From positions 115,506,001-115,570,000 of the forward strand of contig OX597817.1 of NCBI GenBank assembly GCA_951406725.2: 64,000 nt of DNA, written 5' to 3'. The position numbers and the translations under genes are program-made. Below the pieces are notes generated by a model that ran no database searches, was not told where the DNA came from, and worked only from the letters and a program-made list of their open reading frames with translations. Positions within the stretch are counted from its first letter, which is position 1. Each line of letters opens with the position of its first letter. The stretch comes from Octopus vulgaris. Taxonomy: Eukaryota. Below, piece by piece: positions 14,659-26,866 of the stretch.

Positions 14659-15206
14659 CCATCTAACAGTTGTTTCTGCTTTCAATGTTCCACGGTATTG
14701 CCACTGAAAATTCTGTAAATGATATACATTATATTTGGCAACACATCCGATCTGGAACACGGATCTTCATCACAGTAAAGAAAAATACATAGAAGAAAAT
14801 AAAAGAAAAGTAAAGAACAAGAGCCTCGAGAGGAAGAAGAAAGATTTAATATAAATCAATCATACAATTTCGCGTATGTGACGTTTCAGAACGTTGAGTA
14901 AGTGACTAAACTTAAAATATTAATTGGTGGGTTAATTTTTCTATAGGGGTAAAAGGGTGTATAAGTAATACAAAAGTAAAATTTATTGAATGTCCTGAAG
15001 TGTCACATATGCTAAATGATACGATTTAAATGTATTAAGCCCTCCTCCTCCTTCTTCTTCTTTTCTTTTCTCATATGTATTTTTCTTCACTTGGATGAAG
15101 ATTCATGTTCGAGATCGGATGTGTTGCGAAATATGATGAATATTATTTTCAGAATTTTCAATGGCAATACTGTGGAACATTGGAAGCAGAAACAGCTGTT
15201 AGATGG
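14659..15206. repeat. Old fold-back inverted repeat (arms ~14659-14901 and ~14982-15206)
   Basis: Arms are diverged reverse complements; both ORF tracks give PSNSCFCFQCSTVLPLKIL. Each arm has a decayed hammerhead-like GATGAAGAT.....GATCGGATGTGTT. Confidence 0.8.
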
Positions 15207-15458
15207 CATTCTATATAAATTCATGTTTAACTTTGTAATAGCCTGTAACCTATGAGTATAATATGCCTGCATATGTATGCCCAGGGTTAACATAGGTAAT
15301 TATAGCGGTAGTAAAACGAATGTCCATTAGACAGTTATCGCAACCTCTAACTCTATTAACATTATATATATATCTTTATCACGAACAACCACTACTACTG
15401 GGACATACCACACCCGACTTCTTCTTTTTCTTGTTGTTGTTGTTGTTGTTGTTGTTGT

Positions 15459-15505
<47 letters not shown>

Positions 15506-16825
15506 TTTTTCTCTTTGCTCGGCTGCTGCTACTTAAACTATCAAATTTCAACCAAGTATTTCTCTGCACTCATAAACATTATTTTCTCAGACCTGCTACT
15601 ACCTACCGAGCCTTCCAAAGGAAAAGACAAAGTGACAGAAAAAAGGAAAAAAGTCATCCTATTTGAATATTATGGAAATATTTACAAAATATTTGATAAA
15701 AATTTTTCTTTAAAATTCTCATTTAAATTTGTTTTTCTCCTCAATTAATGTCCGCCTTTGTTTAAATGTTGAATAACTCGAAAAGACTGGAGCCAGTACA
15801 AACCATGACAAAATATATTTCACGATAAAATTATTTTAGCATTTTCTACCTTGTCTTATTTTCCTTATACATAACTCGTGTGTTACTTTTCAAACTTCTA
15901 CATGCATACACACACACACACACACACACGCGCACACACGCACATACGCACACACATACACGCACATGCGCGTCACACATACAGTGTGCTTTCTGAGCCA
16001 AATTACCATTAACGTCCACGTAACTGGAAGTACAGCGATTACGATTAGTTATAAAGACGTGAGGGTGATTATTACATTTAAAACAACGCTGTTGTTGAAA
16101 TTTCATAACAGAAGATTTCGTTAAGTAAAGGTAGTGTTAATAAGTTCCTCTGGTAATTGTAGCCAATAACAAAACAATAAAGCTATGTGATATTTTGCTA
16201 CTTTAGCTATTATGCATATGTGTTCTACTGATCCTATGCAATAATCTATAAATTTATATTATTTAATCAGCTCCATTACCACGGCATAGAGCTTTTAAAT
16301 CAATATTACAAAAGGTTTGTTAAAGAGTGTTAAGAATCTTTTTCGTTTACCTAGCAACTGGGAATAATATTTTATATGTTGTTACTATGTGTTTATTTTA
16401 TGTATGAACTGAATCTAAAAGTCTGATGCAACCATGTGTAATACAGTTTGCCGTGCAAACTTATTAATTGTATTATCCTAGCGCAGTGTAATTTAGAATT
16501 TATTGTTAGTAAATTAAGAAACATATATCGATATATTTAATTCATAAGCAGCAATCCATGATAATTTGTTGTGAAAGAAATATAAACCTTTGCGTCTAAG
16601 TGCTCATGCATACATATAAACATATATACAAATAAACACACAGCCACACAGACGTACATATACATACACACAAAGGCAGACATACACTCAGGTATGCACA
16701 CATATATACACATATACCCAAATATAAATATATTTGGAAGACTGCATATATAATATTATTACTACTTGTGTTAGTTCCAAAGAACAAGACATCCTTACAC
16801 AACCATGTGCGCGCGCCCCCCCCCC

Positions 16826-16844
16826 CACACACACACATATACAT

Positions 16845-16878
<34 letters not shown>

Positions 16879-16898
16879 ATATGTATATATATATAATA

Positions 16899-16981
<83 letters not shown>
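16826..16981. repeat. (CA)n/(TA)n microsatellite
   Basis: Directly visible. Confidence 0.95.
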
Positions 16982-17744
16982 TTACACATACGCATGTTAT
17001 GTCTTTCTAGAACGTTTTAAAGCATATATGCAAAAGCCTAATATGTTCAGAGACCTGTCTTTTGTAATTAATGATAGCAGTTAATTATACAATTAATATG
17101 CTTTGAAAATATATGATGTGTGATAGCATTTGTTCATATTAATAGAACTTATCAAAACTTTCTAAAATATTGCTGAGTAATACTTATTGATGGCAATGAC
17201 AACCGGATGGAAGTATCAAACGTTGAAGAGACAAAGATGAAACCTTATTGTATTTAATTGTGGTATACGATCTTAAGTTCGGACGCATGCCTTAGAAATT
17301 GTCAAATCCGTACAATATAGCCGTTAGCATATTTGAATATAATATTCGTTATTCTATGAAATATTTATAAAAAATTACATTTAGAAGACCAGTATTACTC
17401 TCACGAAATATATGTGATGAATAAAAACCGGGAAGTAGACGATACCACTCCAAAGTAGAGCACTATGGTAAAATCCAAACCATGTAAGGGAAACTGCAAT
17501 TAATGTATAAGTGACAAATACCTCCACAGTAGAAATATCACTAAAGACGTAATGCCAAACACTAGCACAACAACAAAGGAGTGAATAATCAGTTTACCTA
17601 TGGAAAAGTTCAATATTGAAACATTTAATGAAACGAATGCAAGAAATATGTGACAACACTCAGACGAGTATTTACACGATCATTAAAGACATCAATGAGC
17701 ACAAAAGTAATAATAAACAATGTCAACACGAATACTGGTAGAAT

Positions 17745-17936
17745 AATAATTCTTTCCTACTCTAGGCACAAGGCCCGAGTTTTTTGGAAAGGAAGCCCGT
17801 CGATTAGATCGATTCCAGTTCGCAACTGGTATTTAATTTATCGCCTAGGCAAAGTCAACCGAGGCGAAAATTGAACTCATAACCTAAAGACAGACGAAAT
17901 GCCGCTAAGCATTTAGCCCGGCGTGCTAACGTTTCT
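17745..17936 (-). mobile_element. tRNA-derived SINE (family A), 5' head interrupted by an insertion
   Basis: Good match to the 774-982 copy in reverse. Similarity stops at AGAAACGTTAGCACGC, and the first ~15 nt of the head are missing. Confidence 0.85.
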
Positions 17937-19088
17937 AAAGCTTTTTATTACCTACTACGGGGCGAACACAGAGGGAACAACACACAACATGTGGGGACAT
18001 AGAAACAGAGGAAATAATTAGAACCAACGTATGAAAAAATGACATGAAAAGTGAAATGAAAAATGGAATGAAGCCACTCTGCCCCACTTCATAGCAGCTT
18101 CATTAGTACCTTTTAAACTTCGTTCCCGCTAGAATATAGATTCAAAATTCTTCCACCACTTCCTCATATGTCATATAGTGTTGTAATACGTCCCAATCCT
18201 ATTTCACCTCCCAAAACCTATATCCTCTTTTAAATCTTGTTATTTTTTCTTTCTGTTCATCCGAGCACAACGTGCAACAGTGCCATCCCTTTATGTTGTC
18301 ATGTGGTTATGGGGTTTAAGTGTTTTCTTTTTCTCTTGTTCCTTTTTCCTATTGTTTCTCATTCGTTGTCTGTTTCTTTCTCCTCTACTTCTGTTGATAT
18401 TGTTTTCTGTTTATTTTCTTTCTCTTTCTGGGGCTCTTCCGCTTGTATATCCGTCCTTTTGGTCTATGAAGGGCAGTCCGCCCTGATTTAGCCTTTCAGA
18501 CCACATTTAAAGCATCGATTGATTCTGTCCTCCACCCTGACCCACAGTGTCACATCGTCCATAATTATTGTTTCTGTAAAGTTTTCTAGGGTTTCGGTTG
18601 AACATTGAATAATTATGTCCAGTATCTGTCCCTTCCATATAACACTTTGCGTTTTTGTGGCCTGGAGAACCGCTATGTTGTCCTCATTTCCCAGAAGGAC
18701 AGCGGCTGCTAACCAGGCTACATCTATCTCAGGCGGATTTTCCCTCCACCCTAACTGTGGTCGCACGTTATCCACGGTAAGTGGGCAAAAGCACCATTTC
18801 CTCACTCTTAATGGTAGTCGCTGAGTGCTTTTTTGCTGTTGATTTTTCCTTGAAACTCACCTCCACTACTCCGAACGACATATCTGTAGACAACATATCT
18901 GAAAAGCTGAAATCTTCTTCAGACATTTTTTTCACTAAACGGTCCCTCATCTATGAGGAGGGGAAGCACAGACAAATTGCTGCAAAGCAGCAAAAAGATT
19001 TATAAAATATTAAAAAACACGGACACAAAACCACAACGATATTAACACCGTGAAGATTACTATCAAAATAACTAACAAACACCGAATA
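17937..19088 (-). mobile_element. ~1.15-kb gag-like (CCHC)-only retroposon inserted in a SINE head
   Basis: Flanked by the exact 16-bp direct repeat GCGTGCTAACGTTTCT (17921-17936 and 19089-19104). AATAAA-containing 3' end. Contains one disrupted ORF. Confidence 0.7.
18100..18950 (-). pseudogene. ORF1/gag-like protein with zinc knuckle, disrupted
   Basis: ORFs 18768-18950 and 18488-18805 join by a frameshift. RCFKCGLKG*IRADCP is a CX2CX4HX4C knuckle with His mutated to stop, followed by a K/E-rich and basic region. The 3' limit is approximate. Confidence 0.65.
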
Positions 19089-19104
19089 GCGTGCTAACGT
19101 TTCT

Positions 19105-19590
19105 TATTTCTTTATTTCCCATAACGGGTATATACAGGTATTAGTACAACATACGTGGGGACATGCAAAAATAACAGACAATTAAATAAATATACAAATT
19201 AAAATGGAAAGCGTAAGATGTACAAGCATTGTAACAATGAAATGAATATGAAAATGGACTACTTGCCCCACCAAGCAGCCTCATTTCTTCCTTTCACCAT
19301 TTATAAGGTGTGTCCCTTAATATATCCTATCTATGCTACTTTATTAAGTCTTTGTACCTCGTACTATCCGGTAACTTTTTTAAGTTCGCGTACAGTTTCC
19401 TTTCTTCTGTATTTTTGTTTTGTAAAGGAGGGGATGGGTGAGTTTGGTGTCTGCGGATAGGGGGTGGGACTGAGCGGGTGTGAGTGGGGTGGGGCGGTTT
19501 GTGGTTCCACCTCTTTCTGTCCTTTCTCTTTTTCCCAGCAACTGTCCATACCTCCTCCTTTCTTTGCGTTTCCTTCAATGTCTCCTCCTG
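19105..19590 (-). mobile_element. Second, diverged, 5'-truncated copy of the gag-only element family
   Basis: Its 3' end aligns with 17937-18100 (TTTATT.CC..ACGGG..ACAACA..GTGGGGACAT; TGCCCCAC..AGCAGC.TCATT). Peptide EVWTVAGKKRKDRK matches NE*ETIGKRNKRKRK. Confidence 0.6.
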
Positions 19591-19650
19591 TATACATATA
19601 CACACGTATACATACATATGCACACACACACAGACACACACACACACACA

Positions 19651-19717
<67 letters not shown>

Positions 19718-19744
19718 GCACGCACACATACTTACATGTCCATA

Positions 19745-20379
19745 TGTGTATTTGGAAACAATTAAAAACTGGGATAATGGATTGTCAAATAGGATTGCTG
19801 GAGTTTATCGAAGAGGTGTTCGTGATATGTACTGTGTGGTGACAGGTTGCATTTAGATATGTGGTCAAATTTGGACATATGAAAAAAGCGGAGGTTACAT
19901 ATACCTTGGATCTCACTATATACATTTAGTAGTATTGAAGAGTTGTGTTTTAATATGTGGAATGCCTCTTTGGGCATAGCTTACAGACTGAGCATTGACC
20001 TGGTATAAAAGCCCTGAATCTACTATGGAGCATGACAAGTTGCATTGAATATATTTACTTTTGAGATGATGTGTGTGACTGGGGAGTGTTGTGAATTTAC
20101 TGTGTTTCTCATATCTAAAAGAATTGAGATGCGCAGAGTATCGTAGTTTAAAATTTATAATTGACATTATATCTATGGTTGTAGAATTGCGTGATGTGTT
20201 GAGGATGGTTCATTTATAAATTACGGTAGACCTCCTGCAGCGGGTCTGTAGCAGGCAGATGGTCCCAAGGCAGAAATTACATGGTAGTGCGTTATTGGGA
20301 TTATTCTCAGGAATGCAGGAGGTAATACAGTCTAAGGAGAGGTTAGAGATGGCGGAACATTGGTGTATGTTATTATTAT

Positions 20380-20450
<71 letters not shown>

Positions 20451-20770
20451 TCTATCGTTGTTGCTATTTATCCTATCTGTAATAGTGGTGGAAGTTGGGT
20501 TAGTAATATTCCAGTTATTGCTATTGGGATTGGTCGGGTTTTCGTTGTGTTTTATATTATAGGGTTCGATACTGCTGCTATGTATATTCTGGGCTCTCGT
20601 ATATTCAGAGTTGTTCCAGTGTAAGTTTTGAGAGAAAGTGTTCGACTATTAGAGGCTATTATGAGAGAGTTAAAGTCGGGCATTGAGGAGTAGGATAGCT
20701 TTAAGGTAGATCTAAGAAGTATTTTTACTATTTCTACACACCACGTTTCCTTGGATAATGGAACTGCAAA
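19745..20770 (-). mobile_element. Penelope-like element fragment (RT C-terminus, Cys-rich linker, GIY-YIG endonuclease), Naiad-like
   Basis: KILLRSTLKLSYSSMPDFNSLIIASN, then CNFCLGTICLLQTRC..STVIYK, then FKLRYSAHLNSF...TTL...LK...KEAFHIL...LLNVYSEI..C. A (TAG)n tract lies in the linker. Confidence 0.75.
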
Positions 20771-20904
20771 TATAACATCTTATATATATTTTAATTTTTA
20801 CTTTGATGCTCTTATTTTACTTTATACTTCTTATTTCCTTCCTTTTTCAGAATAATTCCTCATATATTGAACTCTACTATTTACCTCTATTTAACCATAT
20901 CACA

Positions 20905-20955
20905 TTCTCTCTGATGAAGGAATATCCCTGATATCCCAGAAACAGCGGTAAGACT
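20905..20955 (+). ncRNA. Minimal hammerhead ribozyme motif
   Basis: TCT-CTGATGA-A-GGAATATC/CCT/GATATCCC-A-GAAAC-AGCG-GTA-AGA gives the core CUGAUGA...GAAA, stem II, a short stem III and a GUA site. It lies next to the PLE fragment in the opposite orientation. Confidence 0.7.
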
Positions 20956-21677
20956 AACCTTCTCTTTATAATTGTCCTGAAAATCCAACATAGCCTTGGC
21001 TTTGTTCTCATTTTATTTAACACAGACTCACACACACACATATACACACACATACATATACGCCCGCAAACGCAAAGATGCATGTATTTATATTTATGCG
21101 TATGAGTGCGTGCCTGTATCAGATAGCGTATATATAACGTTAGATGTGATAATTTTATATGAGATGAAAATTAACATGAATGAAATTAAATCAATGGCAA
21201 CTTAATTTATACAGTAATCGGTGTTTTTTTTAAATATATATGTAGAGTGAACATAAATTAATTGGTTGCAATGCAAAAATATATATAAAAATGCATTAAA
21301 ATTGCAAAGAAAAGGAAAATAATTCAAAATAAGCGAATAACTTAAATACAATATATTCTGACTTTGTCTGAAACTAATAAAGCAATGTCACGAATTCTAT
21401 CAGTTGTTAATCCCGAAGAAATGACAACACTAAAAGAAATAAATATCTTTTCAATTATTCTTTACAGTTAATGAGAAAATATTTTACCTTTTTTGCATCA
21501 TTCATACGATATATTTTTTTCAGTTCATAATTTTTTTTCCGACTAAAATTCCGAAAACAACACGTAAGACAGAGAAAGTTAATATTTTGTTCTCACAAAG
21601 GTTTGCAATTTACACGTTTTCTATATCAGAACTTCAAATATGTTTTAACTTTTCTAAATTATTTTGGTAGCTGCAGA

Positions 21678-21678
21678 A

Positions 21679-21743
<65 letters not shown>

Positions 21744-21817
21744 TGATGATGATGATGATGATGATGATGACGAAGATGACAACAACAACAATAAAAATAA
21801 TAATAATAATAATAATG
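21678..21817. repeat. Compound (AAT)n(GAT)n(CAA)n(AAT)n microsatellite
   Basis: Directly visible. Confidence 0.95.
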
Positions 21818-21924
21818 TTCTTCGCTGGTCTGACCAGTCAGCAGCTGAAGACACAGCAACACTACTACAACCCACCAGGAAAGCTGAAAAATAACGTTCA
21901 AAAAGTGGAATATGTACAATTTCC

Positions 21925-22400
21925 TGTGAGTATTTTAAATTTCCCTCAAAATAAGGTAGGAAACTTACATATCTACTGTTTTCGAACTCACGAGCGATCA
22001 GCTTTAAAAACTTTAATATCTAAAACTTCTGTGAATACCTAACCTTTCCTTTCTCCCTGAGTATTCCAAAATGTAAACATCCTTTATATTCTAAGAATAC
22101 TACAGTTTTCTCTGTTCGGACATAAAAAAAGATCATCTTTAGTAAATTTAAAAACTTTAACATCTACAATTTTTTGTGAAAATTTTGCTCTCCTTTTATT
22201 TCCTTTCCTTCCTCCCCGAGTATTCGAAAATGCAAACATCCATTTTATTGCAAAAACACCGCAGTCTTCTCTCATCGGACATACAAACATCTCAAAAATA
22301 TTTAGAAAGTTTAATATCTACAATTCTGTGTGAAAATTTTATCTTCCTTTTTCACCCGACTACCCGAATATGTAAACATGCCTTTTATTGTAACAATACA
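21925..22400 (+). repeat. Diverged ~150-bp tandem repeat, ~3 units
   Basis: Recurring GAGTATTC.AAAATG.AAACATCC...TCGGACATA...TTTAA.ATCTACAATT..GTGAAAATTTT. Confidence 0.7.
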
Positions 22401-22695
22401 AATAAATGCAAGATAAACAAAACAACTATACATTAAGGAGGTGAGCACCAGGCAATATATACAAACTGCATAATTACAAAAACTGAAAACCAACGAAAAC
22501 GACGGGTTTCTCTTTGTTCTTTACATCGATTTTCTTCTCGTACATAACCTAAACTACAGTTTATCCACCGAACTACCTGCAGCCAAACAACTTTACAAAG
22601 GACTACTCAGGTAATCACCAGGAGCGCCTTTGCATTTAAATATCCCTTAGATGTTTTAAACTCTTCTAATACATACCTATATATATATATGTATG

Positions 22696-22739
<44 letters not shown>

Positions 22740-23299
22740 CAATGAAAATAGACCAAGATGACTTGGTTCTTTACAAGGCCAAGTTGAACGCTCTCATTGG
22801 TCGCTAGTTGTAGTAAACACGTTTGACCACTGCTGATCCTAAGGGTGTGAGGCCGTTGTTGTCTCCTCATCGCACAGGAATACTCATTGTTGATATCTTA
22901 ACCATTTACTGAATTTATTTACAAACCTGTGGGATTTAGTCTGTTCAACAAGATGTCTATCTTGTTCCTACTTTTCCCTTAAACACTCATATATTTACGA
23001 CCATCTCAAGGACAAGACAAAGGTGAAACTAAACAACATTCCATAGTACATTTTAATAATAAATGGAAATAATAATAATAATAGTATTATTAGTCATAAT
23101 AATAATAATGATAATAATAATAATTTAGCCAAAAGACATGTCGAATCAGTAAAAATAGTAGTAAAAAATGAAAATAATAATATGAGTGATGATAATAATG
23201 AAAGGAAGCGGTTGGAATCTGCCTATGCTCTGATTGATGATACATCTAGTGATAGTGTCATTGGTAATTACGCAAACTGATAATCGCTACCTCATATAA

Positions 23300-24897
23300 G
23301 TGACAATGAAAAAAAACAAATATTGTGAATAACGGTGGTAATGAAATTGAAGCCCTTGATAGTAATAGTGTTACACCCGGCAGGCTCGGAGATACTGGTC
23401 CGACTCCATCCGGCAAGGAACCAGCACACAAGGCGTAGATAGAACAAACAAATCAATGCTGTGGTCATGGAATGTTACTGCCTGAGCAACACCGAAGACA
23501 AAAATGGTGTTCAACTTAAGGGATACCGACAACGTATATATGATCACTAGAGAGAATGAGGATTGTTTCAACGGAACAGAGATTATGATCACAGAAGTAG
23601 AGCTCGAAGCTATCGAAATATGGGTATTGGAAAACAGCTGCGCAAGAAACGATGAAAATACAGTTCCTACTGATAAATGTAATCTCGTAGCAGAACGACC
23701 AAATAATGAAGGGTTGTAAACACAAAAGGTTATTCAGAGCAGATTAGAAGAGATTCTACAAAGAAATAAATGGAGACTGTACAGGTGAAACGTTGATACC
23801 ATACAACATTGATAGTCAAAGATTTTGGCGTAACATTTGGAGAAAGGCTTGGAGCACAAGAAGGATGCGGAAAGGTTGCAAGAACTGAAACAAGCAGTAG
23901 TCTGTTACAATCAAGCAGTAGTCTGTTACAATCAAGGGGGAAGAGGACTGACTGGATACGAACACCTGGTTAGAGCATTAGAAAACAATATAGCATGTTA
24001 TATAAAATATGCCACAAAACCACTATTATTTGAAATAATTGTGTAGGATCGAAGATTGCAAATATAAAGCACAGTACAAGGACGTGGGAATGAATGAAAC
24101 TGAAAATATGTGGATGAAGTAAAGAATGCATGGACAATTTCATAGGGATGTTGAAGATAAGACAGAGCAAAAAGATAGCTATGGATGGCTAAAAGTGATT
24201 TAAAACCGGAAACGGGGGTTCTAATCTGTGCTGCCCAAGAGCAAGCATTAAGTATAAATTACATTAAATACAGAATAGACAATACATCAGAAAGAGATAA
24301 GTGCAGAATTTGTGGACAAAATTGGGAAACCGAATGGCATATTACCAGTCAATGTACACCACTAGCCCAAAGAAAATATAAGAGACGTCATGACAATATA
24401 GCATTGGAAACTTTGCAACAAGTATGGACTTGACAGAGCAAAAAAGTCGTACGAATATAAAATAAACCCGAAGGCATCACCGAAAATGATAATGCGAAGA
24501 TCTTATGCGATTTTATGATTCAGTGTGACCATGAGATAGAGAATAGGAAACAAGATATAGTGTTAATTGAGTAAGAAAGCAAATGATGTTGGATCATAGA
24601 TATAGCATGCCCAGCTGACAAGTTATGCGATAAGTAAGAGAGAAAATTCGATAGAAATTACAGGTTAGCTTGGGAAGTAAAGCATTGTGGTCGATGAAAA
24701 AGGGGGCAATATTACCAATAATTGTCGGAGCCTTGGGAATAGTGAGTAAATGAGACAAATAGAAAGTGCAGCAATATGGGTGGAATACTCGCAGAAAACA
24801 GCACTGCTTGGAACCGCTCGAATACACCGGATGGTGCTCAAAAAATAAAGGGTGTTACTTTCAGTACATCTTCAGCGATAGAAGCCGTTGAAAGACA
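23300..24897 (+). mobile_element. R4/Dong-type element A, internally deleted and decayed
   Basis: FW.NIW..EHKKDAE jumps to GGRGL. Also LKPETGVLICAAQEQAL, the CRICG..ET.WHITSQC knuckle, RRHDN and RLE remnants. Ends at (AAT)n; the 5' limit is approximate. Confidence 0.75.
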
Positions 24898-24900
24898 ATA

Positions 24901-24980
<80 letters not shown>

Positions 24981-24985
24981 TAATA
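24898..24985. repeat. (AAT)n target array
   Basis: Directly visible, between elements A and B. Confidence 0.95.
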
Positions 24986-26845
24986 ATAACATGTCTCAAC
25001 ACCCCCTACAAAATCCTCACATCCATAATAACGGAGAGAATGTACGCTTTCCTTGAACAAAACTCTATCCTTCCACAAATCAAAAAGGTTGTAAAAGAAA
25101 CTCTTATGGGTGCAAAGACCAATTGCTCATAAACAGAATGATTGTTGAGAATTGCCGGAGCAAAAACAAAAACCTGAGTATGGCATGGATAGACTACAGG
25201 AAAGCGTATGACAGTGTCCCACATAAATGGATACTCAAGGCCCTTGAGATATACAAGATCTCTCCTGTCGTCTCAAAATTCTTAGAGAATAGCATGACCA
25301 TGTGGAACACACGTCTCTTTCTAAGCCATAGTAATGGGATGAGCCAGTCCAACAGCATCAACATCAAACGAGGCATCTTTCAAGGTGACTCCCTCTCTCC
25401 ATTACAAATAAGAAAGGAATACTATAGGAGAATAAGGCTTGTACTGAAGACTGAACTCAACTCCAAAAATTGCATTGAGGCCATTAACACCCTGGCGCTT
25501 CCAGTAGTCCAGTACAGTTTGAACATCATTAACTGGAACCTTACGGAACTCCAACGCTTGGACAGGAAGACAAGAAAATTACTGACATCCAAGAGCATGC
25601 ACCACCCTAAGGCAGATGTAGACCGCCTGTACCTACCTAGAAGCAGCGGGGGGGGAGAGGAATGATGCAATTAGAGATGTGCTATAAGACCTCTACAGTA
25701 GGAATGAACAGGTACCTATCTAGTACAAAGGACTGGATGCTGCGACTTGTGTGCGAACACGAAAGCAGCAAAAAGCTGCATTCTATTGTCAAGGAAGCCT
25801 ATAAGTTCGAAAGGGAACTAGACATTAACCTTGAATCAGATGAAGAGCCGGAAACCACTGCTACCAAGCAAGCAAAGCGAATCAAGCAGACTGCAAAAAA
25901 GAACGGGCAGAATCAAATTGAGAGGCGGTGGAGCCAGAAGCCCCTGCATGGACAATATATTCTCCGAAGCCAAAATGCTGATGTTGACCAAGCAACAACC
26001 CATCAGTGGCTGAAGAGTTCTGGATTGAAAGCAGAGACTGAAGGCTTCATAATGGCAGCACAAGATCAAAGCTTGTTTACCAGAAATTACCAGGCTAACG
26101 TTCTCCGAAACGGTACTGACCCTAAATGCATATTCTGTGACACATTTGACGAAACGATAGACCATCTCGTTTCGGGATGTCCTGTGCTGACACCAAACGA
26201 ATACAAAAATCGCCACGATAGGGTAGGACAGTATATACATTGGAAGATATGTAAATACTACAAATTCGACACTCCTGCTAACTGGTATGAACACCATCCT
26301 CAGCCAGTTGTTGAAGGTAAGGATGTCACCATCCTCTGGGATTTTCCAGTCAACACTGACAGAACGATCAAGGCTAATCGACCAGACATAATTGTTAAAG
26401 ACAGGGAAGAAAATACCTGCAGACTAATAGAGGTAAGCGTCCCCACTGATAAAAATGTATCTGTAAAGGAATTTGACAAACTTAGTAAATATAAGGACCT
26501 GGAAATCGAAATACAAAAGATGTGGAATCTTAAAACAAAAACTGTTCCTGTTATTGTAGGTGCCCTAGGTATGATAAAAAAAGGATGTCAGAAACACCTA
26601 GACAATATCCCTGGATAACCATGTCTCAAGGAAATCCAAAAGATTGTGCTAACAAATACTGCCCACATCCTTAGAAAAACCCTATCAATGTAAATGTCTG
26701 TGTTTGTATTACATGGAGATATTTCTCTACTTCCCCTCCCCAAGCTTTCAACTATATTTCAACAACTCTTAACCTTCACTTGCCCTAGGGCGCTGGGTGT
26801 GCCCCGGCAAGTGATTGCATCAAACATGCAGATTAAAAGTAAATG
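24986..26845 (+). mobile_element. R4/Dong-type element B, 5'-truncated, RT core deleted
   Basis: ORFs 25123-25665 and 25662-26618: AWIDYRKAYDSVPH, then GIFQGDSLSPL fused to QIRKEYYRR (no YMDD), CIFC..ETIDHLVSGC, RHD, RPDI, EVSVP..K..KY. Confidence 0.92.
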
Positions 26846-26866
26846 ACAATGATAATAATAATAATA

